DNA of 46,204 nt, from the IMG/VR virus record IMGVR_UViG_2541047747_000001; one strand, given 5' to 3'. This stretch comes from a virus (lineage: Duplodnaviria; Heunggongvirae; Uroviricota; Caudoviricetes). Below the pieces are notes generated by a model that made no database searches, was not told where the DNA came from, and saw only the letters and a list, made by a program, of their open reading frames with translations. Made by a program: the position numbers and the translations under genes. Positions 1 to 11,488 of this stretch are shown here, in pieces. The first letter of the stretch is position 1; each line of letters begins with the position of its first letter.

Positions 1-207
1 TTTGGTTCATCGGTGCCGAATCATGCCGCCATTTACTGTGGTGACGGCGAGCTGCTGCACCATATTCCTGAACAACTGAGTAAACGGGAGAGGTATTCCA
101 AAAAATGGCAACGACGAACGCATTCTGTCTGGCGTCACCGCCACTGGCACGCATCTGCCTTCACGGGGATTTGCAACGATTTGGCCGCCGCCTCAGCCTG
201 TATGTGA
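1..207 (+). CDS. K: tail assembly protein K, 3' portion (continues the ORF that begins at 45582 across the junction)
   Basis: Translation FGSSVPNHAAIYCGDGELLHHIPEQLSKRERY... closely matches the lambda K C-terminus as recalled; same frame as the 45582 ORF. Confidence 0.85.
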   Translation, partial: FGSSVPNHAAIYCGDGELLHHIPEQLSKRERYSKKWQRRTHSVWRHRHWHASAFTGICNDLAAASACM

Positions 208-785
208 ACACGGCAGCGGAAGCCATCCGTGCCCTGTCGTTACAGGTGCCGGGCTTTCGCCGTCAGATGAACGAAGGCTGGTACCAGATACGTATTGCCG
301 GTGATGACACGGCACCGGAGGCGGTGTACGCCCGTCTTCACGAACAGCTGGGTGAGGGAACGGTCATCCACATTGTGCCGCGACTGGCCGGAGCCGGAAA
401 GGGCGGACTGCAGATTGTGCTGGGGGCGGCAGCCATCGTGGGCTCTTTCTTCACGGCCGGTGCCTCGATGGCGTTATGGGGTTCAGCCCTGGCAGCCGGT
501 GGTTTTTCTGCCACCACGATGCTGTTTTCACTGGGGGCCAGCATGATACTGGGCGGTGTGGCCCAGATGCTGGCCCCGAAGGCAAAAACACCGGATTACC
601 GCGTAACGGATAACGGCAGACAGAACACGTACTTTTCCTCGCTGGATAACATGATTGCCCAGGGGAACCCGATGCCGGTGCCTTACGGGGAAATGCTGGT
701 TGGCTCCCGCCGTATATCCCAGGACATCAGCACCCGTGATGAAGGCGGGGGCGGAAAGGTCGTGGTTATCGGGCGGCAGGGGTAA
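105..785 (+). CDS. I: tail assembly protein I
   Basis: 226 aa; N-terminus MATTNAFCLASPPLARICLHGDLQRFGRR and glycine-rich hydrophobic core resemble lambda gpI; overlaps K 3' end as in lambda. Confidence 0.85.
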   Translation: MATTNAFCLASPPLARICLHGDLQRFGRRLSLYVNTAAEAIRALSLQVPGFRRQMNEGWYQIRIAGDDTAPEAVYARLHEQLGEGTVIHIVPRLAGAGKGGLQIVLGAAAIVGSFFTAGASMALWGSALAAGGFSATTMLFSLGASMILGGVAQMLAPKAKTPDYRVTDNGRQNTYFSSLDNMIAQGNPMPVPYGEMLVGSRRISQDISTRDEGGGGKVVVIGRQG

Positions 786-1031
786 AAAGAATAAAAAAAT
801 CCCGCAGTGATCGCGGAGCTGCGGGGACAGACAAAGATTAGAGTTAAGGAGTTGTTTTTGTTACTCGGGCAAAAAACACTAACGCAGCGAAATTATACGC
901 GCCACAGTCAGTTTGTGAAAATGTGAAGATATTCAGAATTTTTATTCAGTCATGATACAGGCATCCTCCGGGGTGCCTGTTGTTTTTTGGGCATAAACAG
1001 ATTCAGACATCAGACAGGAGAGGGGGAGCGA

Positions 1032-4000
1032 GTGGGTAAAGGTGGCGGTAAGGCGCACACACCGCGCGAGGCGAAGGATAATCTCAAATCCACGCAGATG
1101 ATGAGTGTGATTGATGCGATTGGTGAGGGACCGATAGAAGGCCCGGTGAAGGGACTGCAGAGTATCCTGGTGAACAAAACCCCGCTGACGGACACGGACG
1201 GTAATCCCGTGATACACGGTGTGACCGCGGTCTGGCGTGCCGGGGAGCAGGAGCAGACACCACCGGAAGGCTTTGAGTCCTCCGGAGCTGAAACCGGACT
1301 GGGCGTGGAAGTGACGAAGGCAAAACCGGTGACGCGCACCATTACGTCCGCGAACATTGACCGCCTGCGGGTTACCTTCGGGGTGCAGTCACTGGTGCAG
1401 ACCACGTCAAAGGGCGACCGTAATCCTTCCTCTGTCCGGATTCTGATTCAGTTACAGCGTAATGGCCGCTGGGTGACGGAAAAGGATGTCACCATTAACG
1501 GCAAGACCACCTCGCAGTTCCTGGCCTCGGTGATTCTGGATAATCTGCCTCCCCGGCCCTTTAACATCCGGATGGTCAGGGAGACGGCGGACAGCACCAC
1601 GGACCAGCTGCAGAATAAGACGCTGTGGTCGTCATACACCGAAATCATCGATGTGAAACAGTGCTACCCGAACACGGCCATTGTGGGGCTGCAGGTGGAT
1701 GCGGAGCAGTTCGGCGGCCAGCAGATGACGGTGAACTACCATATCCGCGGTCGCATCATCCAGGTGCCGTCAAACTATGACCCGGAAAAACGCACGTACA
1801 GTGGTATCTGGGACGGCAGCCTGAAACCGGCATACAGCAACAACCCGGCCTGGTGTCTGTGGGACATGCTGACTCACCCGCGCTACGGCATGGGAAAACG
1901 TCTGGGGGCGGCGGATGTGGACAAGTGGGCGCTGTATGCCATCGGGCAGTACTGCGACCAGACGGTCCCGGATGGTTTCGGGGGGACCGAGCCGCGGATG
2001 ACCTTTAATGCGTACCTGGCACAACAGCGTAAGGCGTGGGACGTTCTCAGTGATTTCTGCTCTGCGATGCGCTGTATGCCGGTATGGAACGGCCAGACGC
2101 TGACGTTCGTTCAGGACCGTCCGTCGGATGTGGTGTGGCCGTACACCAACAGCGATGTGGTGGTGGATGATAACGGCGTGGGTTTCCGCTACAGCTTCAG
2201 TGCCCTGAAGGACCGGCACACGGCAGTGGAGGTGAATTACACCGACCCGCAGAACGGCTGGCAGACCTCCACGGAACTGGTGGAAGACCCGGAAGCCATA
2301 CTGCGCTACGGACGCAACCTGCTGAAGATGGACGCGTTCGGCTGTACCAGCCGCGGTCAGGCCCACCGTGCCGGGCTGTGGGTGATAAAGACCGAACTGC
2401 TGGAAACGCAGACGGTGGATTTCACGCTCGGGTCACAGGGGCTGCGTCACACACCCGGTGACATCATTGAAATCTGTGATAACGACTATGCCGTGACCAT
2501 GACCGGCGGACGTGTCCTGTCCATCGATGCCGCCAGCCGTACCCTGACGCTGGACCGGGAGGTGACACTGCCGGAGACCGGCACGGCCACTGTTAATCTG
2601 ATTAACGGCAGCGGTAAGCCGGCGAGCGTGGCCATCACCGCACACCCCGCGCCTGACCGGATACAGGTCAGCACCCTGCCGGATGGTGTGGAGACATACG
2701 GGGTGTGGGGACTCTCCCTGCCGTCACTGCGTCGTCGCCTGTTCCGCTGTGTCTCCATCCGGGAAAACACGGACGGCACGTTCGCCATCACGGCGGTGCA
2801 GCACGTACCGGAAAAAGAAGCCATTGTGGATAACGGGGCCAGCTTTGAGCCGCAGTCAGGCAGCCTGAACAGCGTTATCCCACCGGCAGTGCAGCACCTG
2901 ACGGTGGAGGTGAGTGCAGCTGACGGTCAGTATCTGGCACAGGCGAAATGGGACACGCCGCGGGTGGTGAAGGGTGTGCGCTTCAGTCTGCGTCTGACCA
3001 GCGGAAGCGGAGAAGACAGCCGTCTGGTGACCACTGCCATCACCGCAGACACGGAGCACCGTTTCAGCGGCCTGCCGCTCGGGGAATACACCCTGACGGT
3101 GCGGGCGATAAACAGCTACGGCCAGCAGGGTGAACCTGCCACCACCACCTTCCGGATTAACGCACCTGCAAAACCCGCCACCATTGAGCTGACGCCGGGG
3201 TATTTTCAGATAACGGCGGTACCGGTGCTGGCGGTGTATGACCCGACGGTGCAGTTTGAGTTCTGGTTTTCGGAAAAACGCATCACGAACACGGCACAGG
3301 TGGAAAAATCTGCCCGTTATCTGGGGACCGGCAGTCAGTGGACTGTCCAGGGCGATCGGATTAAGCCGGGGATGGATTTCTGGTTTTATGTGCGCAGTGT
3401 CAACCTGGTGGGCAAGTCTGCATTTGTGGAAGCCAGCGGGCAGGCCAGCAATGATGCAAAAGGGTATCTGGAATTTTTCCGTGGTCTGATAGATGAGACG
3501 CTGCTGGGGCAGGCACTGAAAGAGCGCATTGATGCTTCAGCGCTGCGTACGGAGGTCACGCAACTGGAAGAAGATATCCGTCAGCGGATGGACACGGATA
3601 TCGCAGAAGTGACCCGGAAAATCGGGAAGGCGGAAAACAGCCTCACGCAGCTGGTTGCGAAAAAGAATGAGGACCAGACACTGGCCATCGCGCAGGTGAG
3701 CCAGAAAGTGGACCGGGTGAGCAGTGAAATCTCACAGACTGTCAGCCAGGGGCAGTCAGAAAACGCCCGACAGATAGCACAGGTCCGCCAGTACGTGGAT
3801 AAAAAAGGGAGTGAAATTACCTCGACCACGGATAAAAAGCTGGGTGACCAGGCCGTGACCATACAGCAAATCCAGCGGGTTCAGTCAGACACGCGCAATG
3901 AGCTGAATGCCATGTATATGCTGAAGGTGCAGAAAACAAAAAACGGTATTCCCTATGTGGCCGGGATTGGTGCGGGGATTGAGGATGTTGATGGTCAGAC

Positions 4001-4724
4001 GCTGAGCAGTATTCTGCTGCAGGCTGACCGTATCGCGATGATTACCCCGGAGAATGGCAACACCACGCCGCTGTTTGTGGCGCAGGGGAATCAGCTGTTC
4101 ATGAACGACGTGTTCCTGAAGCGACTGTTTGCGGTGAGCATCACGTCATCCGGCAATCCTCCTACGTTTTCCCTGACGCCGGATGGCAGGCTGGCAGCCC
4201 GCAATGCGGATATCAGTGGAGCCATCACGGCGAATACCGGCACGCTCAATAATGTCACCATTAACGAGAACTGTGTCATCAGAGGGAAACTGTCTGCAAA
4301 CCAGATTGAAGGCGATCTCGTTAAAACAGTGGGTAAGGCTTTCCCCCGTGACTCCCGTGCACCGGAGAGGTGGCCATCAGGGACCATTACCGTCAGGGTT
4401 TATGACGATCAGCCGTTTGACCGGCAAATTGTTATTCCGGCGGTGGCATTCAGCGGTGCCAGACATGAGCGGGAGAATAACGATATTTATTCGTCATGCC
4501 GCCTGATAGTACGGAAAAACGGTGCTGAAATTTATAACCGTACCGCGCTGGATAATACGCTGGTTTACAGTGGTGTTATTGATATGCCTGCTGGTCGCGG
4601 CCACATGACGCTGGAGTTTTCTGTATCAGCATGGTGGGTAAATGGCTGGTATCCCACAGCAAGTATCAGCGATTTGCTGGTTGTTGTGATGAAGAAAGCC
4701 ACTGCAGGCATCACGATTAGCTGA
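1032..4724 (+). CDS. J: tail tip host specificity protein J (central tail fibre)
   Basis: Long ORF; [22 protein letters not shown]-terminus and many conserved blocks shared with lambda J; likely GTG start at 1032 after an AGGAG-like RBS; ORF track starts at 987. Confidence 0.9.
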   Translation: MGKGGGKAHTPREAKDNLKSTQMMSVIDAIGEGPIEGPVKGLQSILVNKTPLTDTDGNPVIHGVTAVWRAGEQEQTPPEGFESSGAETGLGVEVTKAKPVTRTITSANIDRLRVTFGVQSLVQTTSKGDRNPSSVRILIQLQRNGRWVTEKDVTINGKTTSQFLASVILDNLPPRPFNIRMVRETADSTTDQLQNKTLWSSYTEIIDVKQCYPNTAIVGLQVDAEQFGGQQMTVNYHIRGRIIQVPSNYDPEKRTYSGIWDGSLKPAYSNNPAWCLWDMLTHPRYGMGKRLGAADVDKWALYAIGQYCDQTVPDGFGGTEPRMTFNAYLAQQRKAWDVLSDFCSAMRCMPVWNGQTLTFVQDRPSDVVWPYTNSDVVVDDNGVGFRYSFSALKDRHTAVEVNYTDPQNGWQTSTELVEDPEAILRYGRNLLKMDAFGCTSRGQAHRAGLWVIKTELLETQTVDFTLGSQGLRHTPGDIIEICDNDYAVTMTGGRVLSIDAASRTLTLDREVTLPETGTATVNLINGSGKPASVAITAHPAPDRIQVSTLPDGVETYGVWGLSLPSLRRRLFRCVSIRENTDGTFAITAVQHVPEKEAIVDNGASFEPQSGSLNSVIPPAVQHLTVEVSAADGQYLAQAKWDTPRVVKGVRFSLRLTSGSGEDSRLVTTAITADTEHRFSGLPLGEYTLTVRAINSYGQQGEPATTTFRINAPAKPATIELTPGYFQITAVPVLAVYDPTVQFEFWFSEKRITNTAQVEKSARYLGTGSQWTVQGDRIKPGMDFWFYVRSVNLVGKSAFVEASGQASNDAKGYLEFFRGLIDETLLGQALKERIDASALRTEVTQLEEDIRQRMDTDIAEVTRKIGKAENSLTQLVAKKNEDQTLAIAQVSQKVDRVSSEISQTVSQGQSENARQIAQVRQYVDKKGSEITSTTDKKLGDQAVTIQQIQRVQSDTRNELNAMYMLKVQKTKNGIPYVAGIGAGIEDVDGQTLSSILLQADRIAMITPENGNTTPLFVAQGNQLFMNDVFLKRLFAVSITSSGNPPTFSLTPDGRLAARNADISGAITANTGTLNNVTINENCVIRGKLSANQIEGDLVKTVGKAFPRDSRAPERWPSGTITVRVYDDQPFDRQIVIPAVAFSGARHERENNDIYSSCRLIVRKNGAEIYNRTALDNTLVYSGVIDMPAGRGHMTLEFSVSAWWVNGWYPTASISDLLVVVMKKATAGITIS

Positions 4725-4743
4725 ATTTTATAACCCCAATACG

Positions 4744-4770
4744 GGCGCCAGAAATGGCGCCTTTTTTATT
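4744..4770 (+). terminator. rho-independent terminator after J
   Basis: GGCGCC-agaaat-GGCGCC stem-loop followed by TTTTTTATT. Confidence 0.65.
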
Positions 4771-4791
4771 GCAGAAAAGCGAGAGGTAATT

Positions 4792-5391
4792 ATGCGTAAA
4801 TTATGTGCTGTTATTCTGTCCGCAGTAGTCTGGCTGGTTGCCGCTGGTACGCCAGCGAGCGCAGCAGAGCATCAGTCCACACTAAGCGCCGGGTATCTTC
4901 AGACCCACACTGATATGCCAGGCAGCGATAATCTGAACGGGATTAACGTGAAATACCGTTATGAGTTTACGGACGCGCTGGGGCTGATTACGTCCTTCAG
5001 TTATGCCAATGCTGAGGATGAGCAAAAAACGCACTACAGCGATACCCGCTGGCATGAAGATTCCGTGCGTAACCGCTGGTTCAGCGTGATGGCGGGGCCA
5101 TCTGTACGCGTGAATGAATGGTTCAGTGCTTATGCGATGGCAGGTGTGGCTTACAGCCGTGTGTCGACGTTCTCCGGGGATTATCTCCGCGTAACTGACA
5201 ACAAGGGGAAAACGCACGATGTGCTGACCGGAAGTGATGACGATCGCCACAGCAACACGTCTCTGGCGTGGGGGGCTGGCGTGCAGTTTAACCCGACCGA
5301 ATCCGTGGCCATTGACCTTGCTTATGAAGGTTCCGGCAGTGGTGACTGGCGCACTGACGGTTTCATCGTAGGTGTCGGTTATAAATTCTGA
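4792..5391 (+). CDS. lom: Lom-like outer membrane protein (Ail/Lom family)
   Basis: 199 aa with signal peptide; C-terminal YEGSGSGDWRTDGFIVGVGYKF matches lambda Lom as recalled. Confidence 0.85.
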   Translation: MRKLCAVILSAVVWLVAAGTPASAAEHQSTLSAGYLQTHTDMPGSDNLNGINVKYRYEFTDALGLITSFSYANAEDEQKTHYSDTRWHEDSVRNRWFSVMAGPSVRVNEWFSAYAMAGVAYSRVSTFSGDYLRVTDNKGKTHDVLTGSDDDRHSNTSLAWGAGVQFNPTESVAIDLAYEGSGSGDWRTDGFIVGVGYKF

Positions 5392-5417
5392 TTAGCCAGG
5401 TAACACAGTGTTATGAC

Positions 5418-5445
5418 AGCCCGCCGGTTCAGGCGGGCTTTTTTG
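5418..5445 (+). terminator. rho-independent terminator after lom
   Basis: AGCCCGCC-ggttca-GGCGGGCT stem-loop followed by TTTTTT. Confidence 0.65.
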
Positions 5446-5455
5446 TGGAGTGGAT

Positions 5456-8400
5456 ATGGCAGCAGTAAAAATCTCAGGTGTGCTGAAAGATGGTGCGGGA
5501 AAACCAATACAGAACTGCACTATTCAACTGAAGGCAAAGCGTAACAGCACCACGGTACTGGTGAACACGGTGGCTTCTGAAAATCCGGATGAAGCCGGAC
5601 GTTACAGCATGGATGTTGAGTATGGCCAGTACAGCGTCACCCTGCTGGTTGAAGGTTTTCCGCCTTCACATGCCGGGACCATTACCGTCTATGAAGGTTC
5701 CAGACCAGGTACGCTGAATGATTTTCTCGGTGCCATGACGGAAGATGATGTCATGCCGGAGGCACTGCGCCGCTTTGAGCAGATGGTGGAAGAGGTGTCA
5801 CGTAACGCCTCCGCGGTTGCACAGAATACGGCAGCCGCGAAAAAATCAGCCAGCGATGCCAGTGCATCAGCCAGCGAGGCGGCAACTCATGCAACCGATG
5901 CTGCAGCCTCAGCACGTGCCGCCAGCACGTCAGCCGGACAGGCCGCGTCGTCGGCTCAGTCAGCGTCTTCCAGCGCAGGAACGGCATCGACAAAGGCCCG
6001 TGAAGCAGCAAAAAGTGCTGCTGCTGCAGAGTCATCAAAAAGCGCGGCAGCTACCAGCGCCAGTGCCGCGAAAACGTCAGAAACGAATGCCGCAGCATCA
6101 CAAAAATCGGCAGCCACTTCTGCATCCACAGCGACCACGAAAGCGTCAGAAGCTGCCACCTCGGCACGGGGTGCGGCGGCCTCAAAAGAGGCAGCGAAAT
6201 CTTCAGAAACGAATGCATCATCAAGTGCCAGTAGTGCAGCTTCCTCGGCAACGGCGGCAGGAAATTCCGCGAAGGCGGCAAAAACGTCCGAGACGAACGC
6301 CAGGTCTTCTGAAACAGCAGCGGGACAGAGCGCCTCAGCTGCGGCAGGTTCAAAAACAGCGGCTGCATTATCTGCCAGTGCCGCGTCAACAAGTGCCGGG
6401 CAGGCCTCAGCCAGTGCCACCGCCGCCGGAAAATCGGCAGAAAGCGCCGCATCATCCGCTTCAACAGCCACAACGAAGGCTGGCAAAGCCACTGAGCAAG
6501 CCACTGCAGCAGCGAGGTCTGCTTCTGCAGCAAAAACCTCTGAAACAAATGCAAAGACTTCAGCAGACAATGCTGCTTCCTCTAAGGCGGCAGCCGCATC
6601 GTCAGCCAGTTCAGCGGCGTCATCGGCATCATCTGCGTCTGCTTCAAAAGATGAGGCGACCAGACAAGCGTCAGCAGCGAAAGGTAGTGCCACGACAGCA
6701 ACAACGAAAGCATCAGAGGCGGCAGGCAGTGCGACGGCGGCATCTCAGAGCAAAGTTGCTGCTGAATCCGCGGCAACGCGTGCCGAAACAGCGGCAAAAC
6801 GGGCAGAGGATATTGCATCCGCCGTGGGGCTTGAGGATGCGAGCACGACGAAAAAGGGGATAGTACAGCTCAGCAGTGCAACAAACAGCACCAGTGAAAA
6901 GCTGGCGGCAACGCCAAAGGCAGTTAAAACTGTTAAAGATAGTTCAGTTCAAAAAACTGGCGACACAATGGGAGGGCAGTTAAAAATCAGCACGATAAAT
7001 GCTCTTCGAATATTCAACCAAGCCTTTGGCCTTATTTTTAGGCGTTCCGAAGATTATCTTCATCTTATTCCGACTAATGAAGGGGAGGGGGAAAATGGAG
7101 ACATCGGTTCATTAAGACCATTCTCTATAAACTTAAGATCAGGGTTGGTGTCCATCGGTAATGGACTAAAAGTTGGTGGTAGTGTTACTGGTAATTTGAC
7201 CGGAAACGCAGATACTGCGACCAAGATCAAGACAGCACGTAAGATTGGGGGCGTGGCATTTGATGGATCGGCAGATATCAACTTGCCTGGAGTCAACGCT
7301 ACCGGTAATCAAAACACTACAGGTAATGCTGCGACCGCCACGAAACTTCAGGCAGCCAGAACGATTAACGGTGTGTCATTTGATGGTAGTGCAAATATCA
7401 CATTGACCCCTTCAAATATTGGGGCATTGGCATTAACTGGAGGGACTCTTTCAGGTGGTTTAACTGCTGCTGGTGAGGTTATTTCAAGGTCAGCAAATGG
7501 TCTGCGTATTGCCTATGGCAACTATGGATTCTTTATCCGAAATGATGGATCAAACACATATTTTATGTTGACAGATTCGGGTAACAGTCTTGGTACGCAC
7601 AATAGCTTAAGGCCGTTTATAATTAGTAACCATACTGGCAATGTTACAATTGCAACTAAATTAAACGCGAGTGGTGGTATCACTGGATCTTTATCGGGTA
7701 ATGCAAGCACAGCAACCAAATTGCAAACTGCAAGGACAATTAACGGCGTAAAATTTGACGGCTCGGCAAATATTGAAGCGTTTCCGCCAGGTGTTCCGCT
7801 GCCGTGGCCATCAGATACACCACCTGCAGGTTATGCGATCATGCAGGGGCAGACGTTTGATAAGGCAGCATATCCGAAACTGGCTATTGCCTATCCTTCA
7901 GGTGTTATTCCAGATATGCGCGGCTGGACAATCAAGGGCAAACCCGCCAGTGGCCGGGCCGTATTGTCTCAGGAACAGGACGGCATAAAATCGCACACCC
8001 ACAGCGCCAGCGCATCCAGTACGGATTTGGGGACGAAAACCACATCGTCGTTTGATTACGGCACTAAATCCACGAATAACACCGGGGCGCATACGCACAG
8101 TCTGAGTGGCTCTACGGGGTCTGCCGGTGTTCATACTCATGGTAATGGTATTCGTTGGCCAGGAGGCGGCGGTTCTGCGTTAGCATTTTATGATGGCGGT
8201 GGGTTCACTTATGTCCAGAATTCACAGTATCAAGTAAGCCCGGAGACTTCTTCCTATAGATCGTATTATCAACGTATTCAGACACAGTCAGCAGGTGCTC
8301 ATACCCACTCGCTGTCTGGTACTGCAGCAAGTTCTGGCGCACATGCACATACTGTAGGTATTGGTGCGCATACGCACTCCGTTGCGATTGGTTCACATGG

Positions 8401-8485
8401 ACACACCATCACCGTTAACGCTGCGGGTAACGCGGAAAACACCGTCAAAAACATCGCATTTAACTATATTGTGAGGCTTGCATAA
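5456..8485 (+). CDS. stf: side tail fibre protein Stf
   Basis: N-terminus [27 protein letters not shown] and C-terminus [18 protein letters not shown] match lambda Stf as recalled; long Ala/Ser-rich KTSETNA repeats; GGAG RBS before the ATG at 5456. Confidence 0.9.
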   Translation: MAAVKISGVLKDGAGKPIQNCTIQLKAKRNSTTVLVNTVASENPDEAGRYSMDVEYGQYSVTLLVEGFPPSHAGTITVYEGSRPGTLNDFLGAMTEDDVMPEALRRFEQMVEEVSRNASAVAQNTAAAKKSASDASASASEAATHATDAAASARAASTSAGQAASSAQSASSSAGTASTKAREAAKSAAAAESSKSAAATSASAAKTSETNAAASQKSAATSASTATTKASEAATSARGAAASKEAAKSSETNASSSASSAASSATAAGNSAKAAKTSETNARSSETAAGQSASAAAGSKTAAALSASAASTSAGQASASATAAGKSAESAASSASTATTKAGKATEQATAAARSASAAKTSETNAKTSADNAASSKAAAASSASSAASSASSASASKDEATRQASAAKGSATTATTKASEAAGSATAASQSKVAAESAATRAETAAKRAEDIASAVGLEDASTTKKGIVQLSSATNSTSEKLAATPKAVKTVKDSSVQKTGDTMGGQLKISTINALRIFNQAFGLIFRRSEDYLHLIPTNEGEGENGDIGSLRPFSINLRSGLVSIGNGLKVGGSVTGNLTGNADTATKIKTARKIGGVAFDGSADINLPGVNATGNQNTTGNAATATKLQAARTINGVSFDGSANITLTPSNIGALALTGGTLSGGLTAAGEVISRSANGLRIAYGNYGFFIRNDGSNTYFMLTDSGNSLGTHNSLRPFIISNHTGNVTIATKLNASGGITGSLSGNASTATKLQTARTINGVKFDGSANIEAFPPGVPLPWPSDTPPAGYAIMQGQTFDKAAYPKLAIAYPSGVIPDMRGWTIKGKPASGRAVLSQEQDGIKSHTHSASASSTDLGTKTTSSFDYGTKSTNNTGAHTHSLSGSTGSAGVHTHGNGIRWPGGGGSALAFYDGGGFTYVQNSQYQVSPETSSYRSYYQRIQTQSAGAHTHSLSGTAASSGAHAHTVGIGAHTHSVAIGSHGHTITVNAAGNAENTVKNIAFNYIVRLA

Positions 8486-9069
8486 TGGCATTCAGAATGA
8501 GTGAACAAGCACGGACCATAAAAATTTATAATCTGCTGGCCGGAACTAATGAATTTATTGGTGAAGGTGACGCATATATTCCGCCTCATACAGGTCTGCC
8601 AGCAAACAGTACCGATATTGCACCACCAGATATTCCTGCTGGCTTTGTGGCTGTTTTCAACAGTGATGAGGCATCGTGGCATCTCGTTGAAGACCATCGG
8701 GGTAAAACGGTTTATGACGTAGCGTCAGGGGACGAGTTATTTATTTCTGAACTCGGTCCGTTACCGGAAAATGTTACCTGGTTATCGCCGGAAGGGGAGT
8801 TTCAGAAGTGGAACGGCACAGCCTGGGTGAAGGATACGGAAGCAGAAAAACTGTTCCGGATCCGGGAGGCGGAAGAAACAAAAAACAGCCTGATGCAGGT
8901 AGCCAGCGAGCATATTGCGCCGCTTCAGGATGCTGCAGATCTGGAAATTGCAACAGAGGAAGAAATCTCGTTGCTGGAAGCATGGAAAAAGTATCGGGTA
9001 TTGCTGAACCGTGTTGATACGTCAACTGCACCTGATATTGAGTGGCCTACGAACCCTGTCAGGGAGTAA
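8485..9069 (+). CDS. tfa: tail fibre assembly protein Tfa
   Basis: 194 aa, [42 protein letters not shown] nearly identical to lambda Tfa as recalled; start overlaps stf stop (TAATG). Confidence 0.9.
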   Translation: MAFRMSEQARTIKIYNLLAGTNEFIGEGDAYIPPHTGLPANSTDIAPPDIPAGFVAVFNSDEASWHLVEDHRGKTVYDVASGDELFISELGPLPENVTWLSPEGEFQKWNGTAWVKDTEAEKLFRIREAEETKNSLMQVASEHIAPLQDAADLEIATEEEISLLEAWKKYRVLLNRVDTSTAPDIEWPTNPVRE

Positions 9070-9083
9070 TCATTGGGATTATG

Positions 9084-9116
9084 CCGCAGCACGTCTTAAG
9101 CAAGAACGTGCTGCGG
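9084..9116. terminator. perfect 11-bp inverted repeat between convergent tfa and dinI-like gene (possible bidirectional or factor-dependent terminator)
   Basis: CCGCAGCACGT-cttaagcaaga-ACGTGCTGCGG; no flanking U-tract on either strand. Confidence 0.4.
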
Positions 9117-9184
9117 TTGGATGGTGAACTTTCGATAGTGCGAGTATTGAATGATTTCCAGCCGTTACCGATTTTACGTGTTAA

Positions 9185-9433
9185 TTAGTGAACAAACCAC
9201 TCGTCAGCAGACTCCCAGGTATCTTTCAGAGTTTCCTGAACAAAAGTTTTAGCTGAATCTTTATCGGCGGTGCGCGTAACAGAAAGGCCATCGTTGCTGG
9301 TAGCTTTTACGATCACCTCTACATCGTCATAACGTTTACTGATGCGTCGGGTTAATTCTTCCTTTAACGCATCCACAGCACCGGTTGGCATTTTAGTCAT
9401 TTTTTCTTTGGCTATGCAGATTTCAATACGCAT
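9185..9433 (-). CDS. dinI: DinI-like DNA damage-inducible protein
   Basis: 82 aa; MRIEI...AVDAL..EL.RRI...[10 protein letters not shown] pattern typical of the DinI family; two LexA boxes directly upstream. Confidence 0.8.
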   Translation of the reverse strand: MRIEICIAKEKMTKMPTGAVDALKEELTRRISKRYDDVEVIVKATSNDGLSVTRTADKDSAKTFVQETLKDTWESADEWFVH

Positions 9434-9448
9434 AAAAGTCCCTCTACA

Positions 9449-9492
9449 CTGTGTTTGTATACAGTATCATTTTTAACTGTATGGATAAACAG
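9449..9492 (-). promoter_or_regulatory. two LexA (SOS) boxes overlapping the dinI-like promoter
   Basis: CTGTgtttgtatACAG (9449-9464) and CTGTatggataaACAG (9477-9492) fit CTGT-N8-ACAG; minus-strand -35 TTGACA (rc of 9495-9500) with 17-bp spacer to TAAAAA. Confidence 0.75.
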
Positions 9493-9509
9493 TGTCAAGG
9501 GTGAGGGAA

Positions 9510-9790
9510 AGTGATTTTTTGGGGCATGCATGGGGCAAAAATATTTGTTGTGGGGCATTTTGGGGCATGATTGGGACACTTTGTTACATATGAACTTTGC
9601 CGATTTTTATATGACATGGAAATACAACGCTTTGATTCTTCTAAATAAAAAATATGCTCTTGGGCGTTCTTTAGTGATTTTTAAAAATTCCGTATCACGC
9701 AGTTAACATGACGGGTATTAAGGATTAACTTACTGATTTTAATAAGCCTCTGATGTCACTTTGGTGACTATGGGGCATCATTGGGACATA
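9510..9790. other. putative attP region with integrase arm-type repeats
   Basis: Four TGGGGCA repeats at 9520-9567 and an 18-bp direct repeat TGGGGCAT(G/C)ATTGGGACA at 9561-9578 and 9771-9788, next to the int 3' end; core crossover site not identified. Confidence 0.45.
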
Positions 9791-11038
9791 ATCTGTCAGC
9801 TTCTGATTCAGCATTGCGATCTGTTCTGCATTGCTGTCAGTCATCCATGCTCCGTATACATTGAATACCATCTGGGCACTTGCATGGCCCATCTGGCTGG
9901 CAATGAAGCTTGGGTTTGCTCCGGCAGATAATGACCAGCACGCATAAGTGTGTCGTGACTGGTATGCCTTTCGATGCCTGATCCCTGCACGCTTAATGGC
10001 TGTTTCCCATGAGTCACCTACAGAATCGACTTTGTAGACAAAACCTACCTGTTCGCTTTTTCTAACCACTTGAGGGTTAAACACGAAAGTACATTCATGG
10101 TTCACTGAACGTCCATATTCACGTAGTTGCACCTTGATGTTGTACTGCTTACCCAGTCTTGTCATTTCAGCCTGATTTTTCAGGACACTGATAGCGGGCT
10201 GGATAAGGTGCACAACCCTGTTTGTGCTTGCTTCAGTTTTCGGTAGAGTGAACTCACCAAGTTTCGTATAATTGCGCCTGATGGTAATTGTTCCTGCCTT
10301 CAGATCGATATCTTCCCAGGCCAGGGAGACCAGTTCACCGTGACGCATTCCTGTGTACACAGCCAATGACCACAGGTTTTTCGTCTGCTGATGTCGGCAA
10401 GCATCTATCAGGCGAATAAATTCGTCACGAGTTAGCGGATCTGGCTCTGCCCTGGCTCTTTTAAGAGGCTTAATTCCCTGGAAGGGATTTGCTTCTAAGT
10501 AACCGTGATCTGCAGCAAACTGAAACATTCCAGCGATTGTCGTCATGTAATAATTTACAGTAACGACGCTCCGTCCTTTTGCTGCTGCTTTGTTTTTCGT
10601 TGAATTCTGATACCCGGTCAGCAAATCTTTCCTGATATACAGCAATTCCTCTTTGGTTACCGATGACACCAGTCTACTGCCTCCAATTTTCGGAACCATC
10701 GTTCTTGCAACGGATTCATAGCGATTGAATGCATTTGCAGAGATTTCCATTCGTTTCAGATCCAGCCACTTTTCTTCAAGTTCCTTCACCGTAATTTCTT
10801 TTTTACTTACCCCAAAAGCCTGAAGGTTGGGGGAGTCAGGGAACTGTGCAGCATAATCAAAGCTTCCTGTGCGGATGGCAAAACATACTGATGTCCGCAG
10901 TTCCCCGGCGATCTTCCTGTTCTTGGCAGTGTCAGGGACACCAAGATTTTCCCTGACACGTTTACCTTTAAAATTAAACCAGATGCGTAATGTGCCGCCG
11001 TGGTTTTCGACGCCTGTTGGATATTTGACTTTATCCAT
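9725..11038 (-). CDS. int: tyrosine-type site-specific integrase with N-terminal arm-binding domain
   Basis: 437 aa; C-terminal catalytic region with R..HxxR..Y context (SRHTYACWSL, GHASAQMVFNVY); position next to xis and attP. Confidence 0.85.
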   Translation of the reverse strand: MDKVKYPTGVENHGGTLRIWFNFKGKRVRENLGVPDTAKNRKIAGELRTSVCFAIRTGSFDYAAQFPDSPNLQAFGVSKKEITVKELEEKWLDLKRMEISANAFNRYESVARTMVPKIGGSRLVSSVTKEELLYIRKDLLTGYQNSTKNKAAAKGRSVVTVNYYMTTIAGMFQFAADHGYLEANPFQGIKPLKRARAEPDPLTRDEFIRLIDACRHQQTKNLWSLAVYTGMRHGELVSLAWEDIDLKAGTITIRRNYTKLGEFTLPKTEASTNRVVHLIQPAISVLKNQAEMTRLGKQYNIKVQLREYGRSVNHECTFVFNPQVVRKSEQVGFVYKVDSVGDSWETAIKRAGIRHRKAYQSRHTYACWSLSAGANPSFIASQMGHASAQMVFNVYGAWMTDSNAEQIAMLNQKLTDYVPMMPHSHQSDIRGLLKSVS

Positions 11039-11093
11039 CGATACCTCCAGACGCCCAAGAGCGATACGAGCTTACATATTTCATGATATTAAA

Positions 11094-11330
11094 TCACCTG
11101 GGTTGTTTGTTTTTCATTGAGGCGACCCAGGCATCTATTGCTTTTCTGTTATACATACATTCACTGGAAGGCTTTGGATTACCGTCTGGTGATACGTGAA
11201 TATACTCTCTTCCAACCATCCAGCATTCTTTCCGGGCCCGAAGAATTGTGCCTGGTTTGAGCCCGGTAATTGCGATAAGAACGCTTTCACAAACCCATTC
11301 ATTGGGAGCCAGTTGAATCACATTGCCCAT
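11094..11330 (-). CDS. xis: excisionase-like small DNA-binding protein
   Basis: 78-aa ORF immediately upstream of int on the same strand; call is mainly positional. Confidence 0.55.
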   Translation of the reverse strand: MGNVIQLAPNEWVCESVLIAITGLKPGTILRARKECWMVGREYIHVSPDGNPKPSSECMYNRKAIDAWVASMKNKQPR

Positions 11331-11488
11331 GTATTACCTCACACAACACTCAGCCCACGGCAGTGGCACCACACTTCAAACATTCGCTTCACAACTTCAC
11401 GACAGTAGAAGCCGTCAACATCTCGCGTCAGGTCATAGCGATTGCCGTAACGCTGGTGGACCCATCGTTCAAATGCTTTATTCATTCT

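Noticed and set aside
1770-2366. Minus-strand ORFs antisense to J (this one and several others between 1010 and 4506)
   Set aside because: Embedded antisense in a gene with strong lambda J similarity; no RBS support; typical spurious antisense frames.
5745-6863. 372-aa plus-strand ORF and 245-aa minus-strand ORF (5956-6693) inside stf
   Set aside because: Alternative frames of the Ala/Ser-rich repeat region (GC-rich, few stops); the stf frame has clear lambda Stf similarity, these give Arg/Pro/Gln-rich low-complexity products.
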